From the NCBI RefSeq assembly GCF_009914755.1, contig NC_060939.1: DNA of 64,000 nucleotides; one strand, written 5' to 3'. The notes under the pieces are model-generated. The model made no database searches, was not told where the DNA came from, and saw nothing but the letters and a program-made list of their open reading frames with translations. The translations under genes were made by a program, and so were the position numbers. Source of the stretch: the human T2T-CHM13v2.0 reference genome, Homo sapiens. Shown here piece after piece: positions 1 through 23,243 of this stretch (its first letter is position 1; every line of letters begins with the position of its first letter).

Positions 1-1779
<1,779 letters not shown>

Positions 1780-2037
1780 CTCCCAAAGTTGTGAACCCTC
1801 AGGGCTCTGGGGGGTTATTAAAGGAGGGGGGAGCCCAGTGCTCAGCTAGCATTACTTGTAAAGCAGAGTTATTAACCCGGGGTCCACTGGCTCCTTAGCA
1901 AGTCTGTGAATGTCCTGGAGTCACATGCAGTTTCATGTGAGTGCCTTTTTCTCCCTAGGGAGAGGGCCCATTCCACATCTTTTATCTGATTTTCCAATTG
2001 GTCTGACTTTTCAGAAAGGATAATCATTCTTGTAAAT

Positions 2038-2362
2038 CAGGAGTTTGCTAATGGCACACAGGCCAAATCCAGCCCAATGCTGGAATTTTGTACAACCCAC
2101 AAGCTAAGATGGTTTTTATATTTTTAAACGGTTGAAAAAATTAAAAAGGAGAATATTAATTCATGACACATGAAAATTATATGAAATTCAAATTTGTGTC
2201 CATAAAGTTTTCTTGGAGTGCAATCATGCTTATTTGTTTACAGACTATCAGCTGCTTTTGTGCTACAAGGGCAGAGTTGAATAGTTACAACAGAGCATAT
2301 GGCTTGAAAAGCCTAAAATATTGCCTATGTGGCCCTTTTCCAAAAACGTTTCCTAACCCTTG
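2038..2362 (+). mobile_element. hAT-Charlie DNA transposon relic (MER58B-like)
   Basis: GGCCAAATCCAGCCC...AAAGCCTAAAATATT...TGGCCCTTT core with degenerate TIRs. Confidence 0.7.
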
Positions 2363-3059
2363 CCAAACATGGACCAGATAACACTACTTCTGACTATATA
2401 TGTACCTCTATTTTTCACTTCTATGTAGATACCATTATGATTAATAAAGTTTAAATTCATGTTCTAATATAATTAATGCAGTAGATGTTAGTTTTTTGAC
2501 CCCTCTCACTCTACTATAGAATTCCCACCATGTGAGTCTTGCTGGGGGGTCAGAGTCCACCTCCCCACACCAAAGGTCAGATTTTCTTTTCTCCCGCCTT
2601 CTTGGCAGCCAGGACATGGACATGTGACTTGAGATCAGCCGACTAGAGATCTCAGCTAGGACTAGGAAGCTGGAGTGAGTCACACAAAAATGAGAAATCA
2701 CTCTGGCAGTAGCGGAGACAACAGAAGTCACATCTAGCTTCCAGGAGCAGCAGGGCCAGCAGTTCAGGTGACTCCTGTAGCAATGATCCACTTGGAGTTG
2801 CATGTCAGTAGTGTCCTCACCAGACAGTCCCTAAGGCATGGTTTTGTCTTTGGACCTGCTGCCCGGCTTCTGTTTCTACTTGGCCAGGACGAGCTCAGGC
2901 ACTAGATAAAACTGAGCCCGAATCACTCACTGCCTGGAGCAGAGAGAAGCTGAAGGTCCAGGCTAATAAGTATGAACTCCAGGAGGACAGACAATGGCTG
3001 ATGTATCTTTGTGTCCTTGGCACCCAAGACAGTGCCTGGGTCCAGACTTTGGGAGCTAG

Positions 3060-3390
3060 GCAGTTCTGCATCAGGAGTTCACTCACATGGTTTGCAAATT
3101 GGTGCTGGTTGTTGTTGGGAGGCCTCAGCTGCACTCCGTGTGGAATTCTCCACAGGGTGGCTTGAGTTCTCGTGACATAGCAGCTGGATTCCTACAGAAT
3201 AAGCAATCCAAGAGCCTAAGGTGAAAACAGCAATACCTTTTATGATCTAGCCTCAGAAGTCACCCATTGTCACTCTGCCATTCTTTATTAGCCACACCCA
3301 TCAGCTCCAATTCAATATGGAAGTTAACTATACAAGGGCATGAATACCAGGAAGTGAGGATCTTGGGGGCCATGTTGGAGGCTACTATAC
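3060..3390 (-). mobile_element. Old MaLR LTR fragment (MLT1-type)
   Basis: CCTTTTATGATCTAGCCTCAGAAGTCAC...GGGCATGAATACCAGG...GGGGCCATGTTGGAGGCT, typical of older MLT1 LTRs. Confidence 0.6.
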
Positions 3391-3739
3391 TTCACATGAC
3401 CATTAACCCCTAAAACAAACCAAATGAAGGACAGATAAAGTGCGGACCATACATTTAGGTTGGTTTAATCAAAACTTCTTTGGTGGACTTCTTGATCTTC
3501 AAAATTGTGTATGCCATCTAGCCTTCTCCACATTTGTTCCTTATCTATGAAAGGGTCCAGGACTCTCCTTGGAAGGAAGGAAGGCCCAATCTTAAGGGTT
3601 CCTTTTGGTTCTCAGATCTCTGATTCTACAAAATAATCAGCAAAAATAAAGCTTTGAAGATATCCTTTAGGAGTTGACATTTACACTGGAATTTACAATT
3701 CAATAAAAACAGTGAGTCATTATAAGAATCATCTGCTTA

Positions 3740-3745
3740 TTTATT
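3740..3745 (-). terminator. CIAO2A: CIAO2A polyadenylation signal (3' UTR approx 3720-4088)
   Basis: AATAAA on the - strand about 345 nt after the stop, followed by a U/GU-rich tract (CTGTTTTTATTG). Confidence 0.75.
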
Positions 3746-4088
3746 TTACAGAGTAATGATTTAAATTGAGTACATTTGGGCACAGTAGATATTTGACACG
3801 AAAAATAGTTGTATCAGAATGAGCATCAGAAAAATAGCAACTCATCTTACACATAATAACTAGAAAATATTATTCTGTCTGATCATTTAAGTGTTACAAA
3901 TCCTGAGAATGTTATACATTGAACAAATTAGGTACTACCTTATAATTAAATCTCGCTTGGAAAGAATCCTTTAAAAAATGCTCTGAGGTACAAATCACCT
4001 ATGTATTAAACATGAGTCTCTGACATTATACAAAGAGTTTAAACAAATATATCAAACAATTACAGGCCAGTGGCTCTTAAAACAGCTA

Positions 4089-4186
4089 TCAGTCAGGTTC
4101 AAGGACACACTGTTCCACAATTTCCCGTAAGTTGGGGTTTTCCATTGCAGCTGCCACTCGCTCTTTGTCATTTATCTGCTTATTGA
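4089..4186 (-). CDS. CIAO2A: CIAO2A coding exon 5 (C-terminus and stop)
   Basis: TTTTTCAG|TC acceptor; (I)[31 protein letters not shown] then TGA (4091-4089). [13 protein letters not shown] is the conserved MIP18-family motif. Exon sum 124+165+50+46+98=483 nt. Confidence 0.98.
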
Positions 4187-6643
4187 CTGAAAAATACACA
4201 GACAAAAGTTAGCAGAAGAACTGTGTCAATATACAGCACCAGACAGTATTTTTATTAGCCTGCTGAAACAAAAACTTTAACTCCTTGAGAACTTAAACCT
4301 GTTTTTGGCTAATTACTCATAATGTAATTTCCCATCTAGAAGGCAGACTTAAGAGAAAAATATCTACTAGAATTCTACTACTTAACCACATCTATTTTTT
4401 TCTTTCCAGTCTTTGTCCATACACATATTTTTATACAGTTACATTCAGAGTAAATATAATTTTGAAAATTGCTATTTTTTCCCCCATAAGCCTATATTTT
4501 AAACTACAGGGTTATTTAACATGGTAAAAGTCTTAAGTGTTCTAAAGTAATTATGAAGACTATGCTACAATGAATACCTTTAAACATATAGCCTTCTTTT
4601 TGGAAATATTCTCAAAAATGGGATTATTTTTAAGAGTATGAATATTTTTATGGTGTGATTCATATCATTGATTTACTTCCTAAAATTACTCACCAGTTTA
4701 TATTGTCAACACCAATACATGAGCTATCAGTTTGGCAACAATACCTGGTATTATTATCATTGTTATTATTATTCTTTGAGACAGGGTCCTGCTCTGTCAT
4801 CCAGGCTGGAGTGCAGTGGTGCAATCATAGCTCACTGTAACCTCCAACTCCTGGGCTCAAGAGATCCTCCTACCTCAGCCTCCCACAGGCATGAACCACC
4901 ACACCTGGCTAATTTTCAAATATTTTCGTAGAGACAGGGTCTCACCATGTTGCCCAGGCTAGTCTTGAAATCCTGGCCTCAAACTCCTTCCCTCAAGGCA
5001 TTCTCTCGCCTTGGCCTCCCAAAGTGCTAGGGTTACAGGTGTGAACCACCATGCCCGGGCAATAGCTGGTATTATTTAATAAAAACAAATACACATATAT
5101 ACATACATAAAACAGGAGATGGAAAACGGCTCAATATTATTGTCATAATTTGCATTTCCTTGACTAATAGGAAAATAGAACATTTTCCATGTGCATATAT
5201 TAGTTCTTCTTGCATGAATTTCCTGTTCATGTCTCTATTAATCTACTAGATCTTTTTTTAAAATTAGTTTGAATGGATCTTCATATAATAAAGGTATTGG
5301 CCCATTATGTTTTCTGTAATTAGCTAACAGCATTCTTAATAGAAGAGTTCAAAAGAGAGACGACTATATTCTTAATGTGGATTGAGTTTTCTGGGCTGCC
5401 GCTGAAATGTCTCATGTAGAAGACACACAAACATACACATATTCCTGCGAAAATACTTTCAATTTAGTTTCTTCCTACTACAATGTAGGCTCCACAAAGG
5501 CAGGAATGTATCTCAAAGGCTGAACTGTACCCACACATAGAAGGCACTTAATAAATACTTACTAAATGAAAAACAAGACTCATAAGACTTAATACTATTG
5601 CTGCTGTAAAATCCTATCATTCAAGGAATTTCAAAACGATAACCTGAGTGGATTTAGGGTACCTAAACTCTTATTTTTCTAAATTACAGGTAGAAGCCCT
5701 CAGCTCGTGGGGTTTAAAGAAATTCAGCCCACAAAGAGTATAATAATCTACATGTCTAGAACTATAAATAGGGCATGGTTTTTAACAGTTTTCATGACAG
5801 TACCTAAAAAGTTTCCTGGATAGGCTGTTCCTCTGGAAGCAGCAGGCTTCCCTCTCTATAGCTCTCTTTTATGTAGGAGATTTTGTGTGTCTCTCTCCAG
5901 CCCTGTGTATGCCTTTCTGAGTCTTCTTGGTATCTATCTCACTGTTGCTCTTCCTCTATTAGCTCTTTCTTCCATTCCTCTGCTATTTTTTCCCACCTTC
6001 TCAATTTACTTAGTGATGAAACTTAAGTACAACATGCCTTTTAAATGTATTTCTCATTATTTGCACTCTATCATTTGTAGATTAAAAACATTAAAATTAT
6101 GTTTTTAATGTAACACAGGGATCATACAGAACATTTTGTTTTTTGCTTTTCCCAAACCCCACTTCTGCTATTTTTAAGTAGCTACTGATTGATTTCTCTC
6201 TGTAGGCCAGAGGTCCTCTATATAAAAAAGGTTCCCCACTCCCATTCTAATATACTAACCCAGAGAGACAGCACCTACCCCAAGATTCACTAAAGCTCTA
6301 CTTGCTAGACCTTCAAGTACACAGCTCTCTATCCTGTCACCAAAGAAAAGAAGCCTACTTAGAGCTCATAAGTCAAGGTCCCCAGCACTGGATATTCTTT
6401 ACAGATGTGTAGCCACTGGCCTAAACCAGTCAACATCCGTGGGCTCTAGTGCACTCGGAGTCCACTGCAAAAATTACTTCTTTGAAATGCCTAGGTTTCC
6501 TCACCTAGGAAGGAAGAGCCAATAACCAATTGTGCACTTTTTTGAAAGTAACCCAGTAGATTCTTGGCTGGCAGAAGAATCCAGTATCCAAGATAAAATA
6601 CTATCTGAAGTTGTTTTTCAATTATGTTTCAACATTCACTTAC

Positions 6644-6689
6644 TGTCTTCTTCTGTTGAGTGGGTTCCTTCAGAAATGTAGATTTCCAA
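6644..6689 (-). CDS. CIAO2A: CIAO2A coding exon 4
   Basis: TTCCAG|TTG acceptor, GACA|GTAAGT donor; 46 nt; LEIYISEGTHSTEED(I). Confidence 0.97.
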
Positions 6690-6767
6690 CTGGAAAGCGG
6701 GAAAAAAAGTAAAAGAAAAAACATTAACGCATTCTAAGATAAGAGAGTGAAGTGGAATGTACAGTAA

Positions 6768-7051
<284 letters not shown>

Positions 7052-8339
7052 TGATCCGCCTCGGCTTCCCAAAGTGTTGGGATTACAGGCGTGAGCCACT
7101 GCGCCCAGCGCCCCCCAAATCCTGTTTCTAACATCAGAGACATAGGGACAAATCCCCCACATCCTTCTCTAAAAAAAAAAAGGACTGAAATGAGTAGGAT
7201 TTTTTATTTTGTTCACCTGGAAAAGGCCTGCAGGTGGTATTTCCATTAATTTTTTTATGAATACACAAAAATATCATTTTACACAAATGAGATCTCATAT
7301 GTGTGGTTTTACTTAAGAATATCTCTTTTCTGCACTCTACTTCTTCCCAACTCGGTATCTAAACTTCCTCCTGCCCTGCTACTGACTCAGGAAATCTACA
7401 AAAACCATCTAGTGTGGTTTCTTCCATATTCTTCTCTTTACCCACATAATCTTACACAGATTTTACACACACACACACCCACATATCAGGGTTGGAAGTT
7501 TCTTCACATTGCTTGTTTTACAAAAATGGGATCACAATATAGTTTTCAGCATCCTTCTTTTCTCATTCATTATTATCATGCTAAATTTATTCTCAAGTAT
7601 AATACTGGTTAAGCTATCCCTCCTGGCCCTGCTGCACCTATAGACATGAGCTACCCTCCAAGACCCAGAGCTTTTAAGACAACCTACAAAATTATTGCAA
7701 ATCCTGTGGTAAAGAGAGTATGCTGTAATAAAGACGTCTACTTTCCAGAGAACACTGGAACATATGAACTAATTTTTATTTACTTATTTACTACGGAGAT
7801 AAACATTTCTCATGAGTGAGAAAAATCATAACTTATTATAGTTAAAAGGGACCTTAAAGGTCATCTAGTCCAATCTTTTTTTTTTTTTTTTTTTTGAGAC
7901 AGGTCTTACTCTGTCGCCTAGGCTGGAGTGCAGTGGCGCGATCATGTCTCACTACAGCCTCGACTTCCTGGGCTCAGGTGATCCTCCCACCTCAGCTCCC
8001 ACACTCCCACCCCTCTCCTCCCTCGTCTCTATTTTTTTGTAGAGACCGCGTATCGCCATATTGCCCAAGCTGGTCTTGAATTCCTGAGGTTAAGTGATCC
8101 GCCCATCTAGGCCTCCCAAAGTACAGAGATTATAGGCGTGAGCCACTGCACCTGGCCCCAATCTCTTTTAAAAAACAAAACAAGCCGGGCGTGGTGGCTC
8201 ATGCCTGTAATCCCAGCAATTTGGGAGGCCGAGGCAGGCGGATCACGAGGTCAGGAGATCGAGACCATCCTGGCTAACACAGTAAAACCCCAACTCTACT
8301 AAAAATACAAAAAATTAGCTGGGCGTGTATTACCAGCTA

Positions 8340-8508
<169 letters not shown>

Positions 8509-8619
8509 CTAGACCTCAAAGCAACAGGTATAGAATCACTCTATACTGACTTACTTCAGTTTAAAATTACACAGGACTCATTATTCTAAAAGTGATAAAG
8601 GGGAAAAGGCAGCATTTAT

Positions 8620-9330
8620 GCAGCTATTCCTATATGAACTATACTTCAGGGTAACCAATTGATGAGGGGAGCTGTTACCAATAATGGGACAAACTGAATT
8701 TATAGGCCTCTGATGTGATGCAATGAGAACACATTTATTCAGTATTCTTGCCAAAAATGCACAAACTGAATCTAACCAGGAAACATCAGAAAACTCAATT
8801 TGAGGGACAATCTATAAAATATCTGGTTTACATTCTTCAAAAATATCAAGATCATGAAATAAAGGCTAAGGAACTACTCTAAATTAAATGAGACTAAAGA
8901 GACATGGCAACTAATGCAATGTATGATGGGGGAGAGGAGCAGAGCCAGGAGGAGGGACCGCCATGAAGGATGTTACCCATTGGAATACGTGCTGTAGATG
9001 AGATGACAGTACTGTATCAATGTCCTGGTTTAGAAATTTATACTGTGGTAATGTAAGAGAATGTCCTTGTTTTCAGGAAATACATCCTATAGTATTTAGA
9101 GTAAGGGGGCATTACAAATGCACTCAAACATTTCCAGAAAATATGTGTATGTGTGTGTACATATATAGAGAGAAATTAATGATAAACCAAATGTGGCAAA
9201 ATGTTAACAATTAGTGAATCTGAATCTGGGTGAAGGATATATGGAATTTCTTTGTACTATTCTTCACTATTTTATTTCTTTTCTTTCATTATTTTCATTT
9301 CAAATAAAAAGTTAAACATTGTAATTAAAA
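8620..9330 (+). mobile_element. Old L1 (L1MC/ME-type) 3' end fragment
   Basis: ATGTGGCAAAATGTTAACAATTAGTGAATCT...GGTGAAGGATATATGG...TTTGTACTATTCTT...CAAATAAAAAGTT. Confidence 0.65.
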
Positions 9331-10914
9331 CAGTTAAAAATGAAAAATAAAATTTACAGGGCATCATAAACCACTAGTATAATAATTTATTAATTTACTC
9401 AATTTAAGACGTATTTATTGAGCTCCAAATATGTATAAGATCATAGCAGGAACACAGAGATGTATCATATATGAATCTTGACTTCAAGAAGCTGACAGCT
9501 AGCTGGTCAGGCATGGTGGCTCATGCCTGTGATCCTAGCACTTTGGGAGGCTAAGGCGGGTGTATCACCTGAAGTCAGGAGTTCAAGACCAAACTGGCCA
9601 ACATGGCAAAACCCTGTCTCTACTAAAAATACAAAAATTTAGCTGGGTGTGGTGGTATGCGCCTGTAATCCCAGCTATTTGGGAGGCTGAGGCAGGATAA
9701 TCGCTTGAACCCAGGAGTCAGAGGCTGCACTGGGCCGAGATCGCACCACTGCCCTCCAGCCTGGGCGACAGAGCGAGATTCCATCGCAAACAAAAAAAAA
9801 AAAAAGAAAAGAGAGAGAAGTTGACAGTCCAGGAGGGAAGATGAAAAACAAACAGAACACAAGTTAGAAAAGGACACTCTCTACATCAGAAGACAAAGAA
9901 AGAGCCACGGGGCTGGGTGCAGTGGCTCACGCCTGTAATCCGAAACACTTTGGGAAACCAAGGCGGGAGGACTGCTTGAGCCCAGGAGTTCACGAACAGC
10001 TTGGGCAACATAGTGAGACTCTGTCACTACAAAAAATAAAATTAGCTGGGCATGGTGGCATATACCTGTGGTTCCAGCTACTTGGGAGGGTAAGGAGGGA
10101 GGCTCACTTGAGCCTGGGAGATCAAAGGTTCAGTGAGCTGTAATCATACCACTATATTCCAGCTTGGGCAACAGGGTGAGACCCTGTCTTTAAAAAAAAC
10201 AAAAAGAAAGAGCCACGGCAATTCAAAAAAAGAAATAGCTTTAGTTACAGAAATCAGGACTAGTAGTATGGAAAGGTGAATACAAAAAATAAAAAAAAAA
10301 ATTTAAAAGATAAATAAAAATTCATCTTAAAAAGAAGAAAGAAATCAGGACTGACATCATGGAAAATAAAATAGTATTTCACTGGGCCTTAAAACGTGGG
10401 TAGGATTTGGCCAGGCCCAGTGGTTCATGCCTATAATCCCAACACTTTGAGAGGCCAAGGCAAGATGATCACTTGAGCCCAGGAGTTTGAGACTAGCTTG
10501 GGCAACAAAGAGAGACCTCATCTCTACCAAAAATTAAGAAAAAATTAGCCAGGCATGGCAGTGCACGCCTGTAGTCCTAGCTACTTGGGAGGCTGAGCCT
10601 CGGAGATAGAGGCTGCAGTAAGCAGTGATCACACCACTGCACTCCAGCCTGGGAGACAGAGCAAGACCCTGTCTCAACAGCAAACAAAAAAGATGTGTAG
10701 GATTTGAACATATGAGATGGGAGGAAGGGAACTCCAAGTAGACAGGGTACTCTGTGTAAAGGCTAGGTAGCAGCCAGGTAGAGAAGGCATAATTGCCCAG
10801 CAATTACAAGAGGCAGTAAGAGACAAGGCCGAATCATTCACGAGCTATAACCAATTACTATGAATTAACTGTGATATCCATATTCTTGCTCAATAGTAGG
10901 GTTAAAAACATCTT

Positions 10915-12215
<1,301 letters not shown>

Positions 12216-12251
12216 ACAACAACAACAACAACAAAAATACATCTTTCTTAC

Positions 12252-12301
12252 CTTATGTTTAAATGGTAAACATCGCTGAAGTTTTACTCTTAAGCACAGC
12301 C
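12252..12301 (-). CDS. CIAO2A: CIAO2A coding exon 3
   Basis: CACAG|GG acceptor, AAG|GTAAG donor; 50 nt; (G)LCLRVKLQRCLPFKHK. Not in the ORF track. Confidence 0.97.
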
Positions 12302-12684
12302 CTGTGGAGGGAAAATCACACCTCCAATTATCTCTTTATTGCTTCTTATTGGTTCTTGAAAAAGCATACAACTGCGTTTATGTGCCCCCATACAACACAG
12401 TTGCTGAAAACAGCTTTGGCTCAATCCAGAGCAGAGCTCCTTTGAGGCTGGCACCACGCTAGGAAATTTAATATATAATCTTACATATTCCTTAGGATAA
12501 TCCAATAAGCTATTACTAATCCCCTTCTACAAATTATTAAACCAAAGTCACAACGTAACTTCCTCAAGGTCACTGAGTTACAACAGTGGCAGAATTGGGA
12601 TTGGAACCTATGACCACTGGAAAGCCCAGGCCATTTTTACTACATCAGTTGGCCTTCCAGCAAAAGTCAATTAACTCATTAAGC

Positions 12685-18677
<5,993 letters not shown>

Positions 18678-19835
18678 ACCAATGGGATTTTAATAACCAC
18701 AATAATACCTATGGATTCACAGACCTCCAGTCCCTCAAGATGTGGCCTATATGGTGGAAACCACCAGCAGAGGGAACCCAGGTCAACCAGTGAGAAAAGA
18801 CAGAAATCACAATAGTGGAAATAATAACGAAATAGCGACCTTTTCAATCTTTTTTATAAACTTGTTGCTTTTTAATAGGTGAGATAGTCCCATGGTTTGA
18901 AAATGTAAAAACATAAAAAGGTATAAAGTCTCCCTCCCACCCTTTCCCCCATCTGCCCAGCTCCCACCACCACTATTACCCGCTAACACCCTTATAGCTA
19001 TTCATTTATGTATTAATATTATTCAGGCATATGCAATCAAATACAAATGTATGTTTTTGCTTTTTTTACACAAATGATAGCAAAATGATACTTGCTTTTA
19101 TTTCTTAACAGTATGTCATAGAGATCTCTCCATATCAGTACATGCAGAGCTTCTTCATTCTTTTTTATAGCTGCATAGTATTCCACTGTTTATATTCACC
19201 ATCAATGATTATTTAATCAATCCCCTACTCATGAACATTTGGTTTGAAATAAAATCCCTTTATAACAAAGCATATGTTCAAATACATTTATTGTACCTGC
19301 TAACAAATCCAAAATACTGGGAATCCAACCTCCTACCAGGACTTCTACCCATACTATGTAGAAACCAGAAGAGTCACTGAAAGGAGATGGTGATGGAAGC
19401 AATGCTAGTCTGACACCACCCACTCCAACCTCCAGAACTGAGGAAAAGCACTGGCCCACATGCACTCTCCATTAATTGTGGGCATATATACCTGGGAGGG
19501 GCAGCCTGACATAACTAAAGGAGAAGTGGAGTCAGGAGACCTGGGTATGAGCCTTAGTTTCACCATTTCCTGGCTACCTGATTCTGTGCAAGTCACTTAA
19601 ACTCTCTGAGCTTCAGGTTCCTCATCTGCAAAATGAAGATAATAATATTTTAACTCAACAAGCTAATTGTGAGGACTACAGAAGATGAATACACGAACAT
19701 ACTCTGTAAACCATAAAGTGTAATACATACACTGTATGGTTTTTCAACAATGATGCAAATTGTTATTATGGGTCAATATCAGCAAGAATAACTTAGAATT
19801 TATATAAATATACATGTATGTACAGAAAAACTTAC

Positions 19836-20000
19836 CAATAAGAGTCGCCAAAGAGCAATGAGGTACTGTTGGCGTGAACCTGATAATAACCAGATATTCT
19901 TCTTCATTTATCTCCTGAACTTCCACACAACTTTCCGAGACCACTTCCAGTTCTTCTAAAGTATTGGGCTTTTCTGGGTCCCGGATAGTTCTAATCAAAT
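19836..20000 (-). CDS. CIAO2A: CIAO2A coding exon 2 (DUF59/MIP18 core, PTVPHCSLA motif with Cys90)
   Basis: TTTAG|AT acceptor, ATTG|GTAAG donor; 165 nt, phase 1-1; (D)[20 protein letters not shown]...[15 protein letters not shown](G). Confidence 0.98.
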
Positions 20001-20361
20001 CTAAAGAATCATCAGAGATAAGATATTCTATTAAAACATGACTATTCTAAATAAAGATGATTTTGCCAGGCCTAATTTAAGCACTGACTTCTCTTACGTT
20101 TAAGCAAATAGTACAGCAACTCCCAGGTTTCTGACAGAAATTTTCACTACTGGTTTCCTCTTGAGAAAACTGTTTTCTTGGATTATTATAAGACCATATC
20201 CAGTTTCTCCAATCGGACATTGCAGAGAAAATATAATAAGAATGGAAACAGTGTCATGGAAGCTCAAGAGGAAGAAATAACTTTCAGCTTGAAAGAATGT
20301 GGTTATCAGGCTTTATAGGAGCGGAATCTGAATCAAGCCTTGAAAAATAGGTAACATTTCA

Positions 20362-20505
<144 letters not shown>

Positions 20506-21389
20506 CTACAAAAAATACACACAAAAATTAGCCGGGTGTAGTGGTGCAGGCCTGTGGTCCCAGCCACTCAGGAGGATCGCTTGAGCCCAGGAGGCAGAGG
20601 TTGCGGTGAGAGCGGAGATCGTGTCACCGCACTCTAGGCTGGGCAACAAAGCGAGACCCTGTCTCAAAAAAAAAAAAAAGTGAAGGAAAGTAAAGTAAAG
20701 AAGAAGAACCCTAGTTTGCCTGGAAGCAGGCATAAGTGAAAGGTGTTTTAGAGTATGAGATTTGGGTCTGACCATCAAGTGTCTTTTACAGCCAGCTACC
20801 GGCAATAGCAAGTCCTCAAGAGGTTTGAGACAAGTGACATGGACAACACTGTGCTGTCAGCTGGTAACTCATCATCAGCTGCTAGACTCAGACTAAAAAG
20901 CAGAACCAATGATACCAGCTAAAAACACCAGGCCTAAAATAGTATCTAGGACAACACTGGCAGAACTAAAAGAAACAGAACGAGGAAGAAATTTGGGTGG
21001 GGCATAGAGCAAATGAGTTCAATTTCACACAGAATGATTTTGAGGTGCTTAAGGGGTTATCCAATGGAGTTTTCTAGCAAGTGGTAAACTGTAGCATAGA
21101 GTTTAAAACAGCATCAAAGCTAGAGTGGTTGTCAAACCCACAGGATTCACAAAGAATAAGTAGAACCTTGGCTGAACATTGGAATTACCAAGAATGTTTC
21201 AAAACAAACAACAAGGCCGGGCGCGTGGTTCAGGCCTATAATCCTAGCACTTTGGGAGGCTGAGGCGGGTGGATCGCCTGAGGTCAAGAGTTCGAGACCA
21301 GCCTGGTGAACATGGTAAAACCTTGTCTCTACTAAAAATACAAAAATTACCCAGGCGTGGTGCCAGGCGCCTGTAATCCCAGCTACTTA

Positions 21390-21494
<105 letters not shown>

Positions 21495-21522
21495 TCAAAA
21501 ACAAAAACAAACAAACAAAAAA

Positions 21523-21637
21523 ACCTGATGCCTGGGCCCCAATTCCAGAGACTCTGATTTAATTGGTTTGCTGGCCTTTGAGTTTTAAAAATTTCTCGGG
21601 TTGTTCTTAGGTACAACCCAGTATGAGAATCAGTGGT
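21523..21637 (+). mobile_element. MER5A-like fragment
   Basis: ATGCCTGGGCCCC...CCAGAGACTCTGATTTAATTGGT...TGAGAATCAGTG. Confidence 0.6.
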
Positions 21638-23212
21638 ATAAAGAAAAAAGAGACCCAACAGATCCATGCGAAGCACCTAACTTAGGGATCAGAATGAGAA
21701 ACAAAAGCAAAAAGAACTAGAGGAGGGAAGAGAGGGATGGTTAATAACATTAAATGCTGCAGAAAAATTCAGGCTCATGAGAGCTAAAACAGGTCTTTCA
21801 TTTGTCACCCCAGCCAGCTGTAAGAAAGCAGTTTCAGTAGAGAGTGCGTGTGCTGAAGCCAGCTTGCAAAAGGGGAAGCAAGTAGGAACTGAAAATGTCT
21901 TCCTAGGGCCTTAGCTGGGAAGGGAGGGACATGAAAAGGACAATGACTTTATAAGGAAGCTAGAACAATGACAAGGATAAGGACAACTTTGAGGAGAGAA
22001 ATTGAAAATATAAGTTGGGAGGAGCGGAGACTGGTAAAATAAGCAGAAGGGAGTGGGATCAAATATTTAGAAGTCTCAGTTGGCCTTGGAGAAGACAAGA
22101 TTTCTTTCTTACTCTGAGGCTGGAGAAAGAGATGAAGGAAAGGAGAACAATAAGGAGAAATGGTGAGGTAGAAAGGAAAGAAGCAGAATTTTACATAGAA
22201 TGTGCTTGAGGTTCTCAAATCTGAAGTTTTGTTTTATTATTTATCACACAAAATTATATGTAATCAGAAATGCAACTGGGAAAAACAAGAACAAATTCTA
22301 TTTTCTCTTTAATTTGCTCCTGGGCTTGTCACTTGATTAGAAACAGAATTTTGCCAAACATGACGGCTCATGCCTGTAATCCCAGCACTTTGGGAGGCTG
22401 AGGCAAGTGGATCACCCACCTGAGTTCAGGAGTTCAAGACCAGCCTGGCCAACATGGCAAAAACCCGTCTCTACTAAAAATACAAAAATGAGCCGGGTGT
22501 GGTGGCATGTGCCTGTAATCACAGCTACTCAGGAGGCTGAGGTAGGAGAATCACTTGAACCCAGGAGGCTGAGGCTGCAGTGGGCCAAAATTGTGTCACT
22601 GCACTCTAGCCTGGGTGACAGAAGAGACTCTGTCTCAAAAAAAAAAAAAAAGAAAGAAAGAAGCAGAATTGGAAAACATAGGCAAGAAAGTCGACAAAGC
22701 TTCTCTTTCACAGAGCTGTGTTATCATGGGACTTAGGGAAACAGAGTTTTCTGAAAAGGAATTTTCTGCCTCTCATACTAGGCTTTCTCCCCATAAGGCT
22801 CATTTAATTGTATTATATTCTTTATATGCCACTAAACCCTGAAATTAAATATCATCCTTATTAAATTTCTCTAGTTTTCTAGTTTCTAGATTTGAGAGGT
22901 TTGGCTTTACTTCTTTAAAAAGAAAGAAGGGCCGGGTGTGGTGGCTCATGCCTGTAATCCCAGCCTTTGGGAGGCCGAGACAGGCAAATCACTTGAGCTC
23001 AGGAGTCCAAGACCAGCCTGGGTAACATAGCAAAACCTCATCTCTACAAAAAAATACAAAAATTAGCTGGGCATGGTGGTGCATGCCTATGGTCCCAGTC
23101 AGTCAGGAGGCTGAGGTGGGAGGATGGCTTGAGCCCTGGAGGTGGATGGAGGCTGCAGTGAGCAGTGATTGCACCACTGCACTCCAGCCTGATTACCAGA
23201 GTGAGACCCTGT

Positions 23213-23243
<31 letters not shown>

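Noticed and set aside
2540-2900. Possible ancient LTR (LTR16/LTR33/MLT-like) fragment
   Set aside because: Too diverged to assign a family or boundaries by eye.
4098-4120. CAGTGT hexaloop in CIAO2A exon 5 as a possible iron-responsive element
   Set aside because: The flanks (TGGAA / GTCCT) cannot form the 5-bp upper stem, there is no bulged C, and it lies in the CDS. I saw no CAGTG in the 3' UTR.
19744-19835. Read-through of CIAO2A exon 2 into intron 2 ([14 protein letters not shown]...)
   Set aside because: Strong GTAAG donor; the extension is AT-rich noise running into a MIR.
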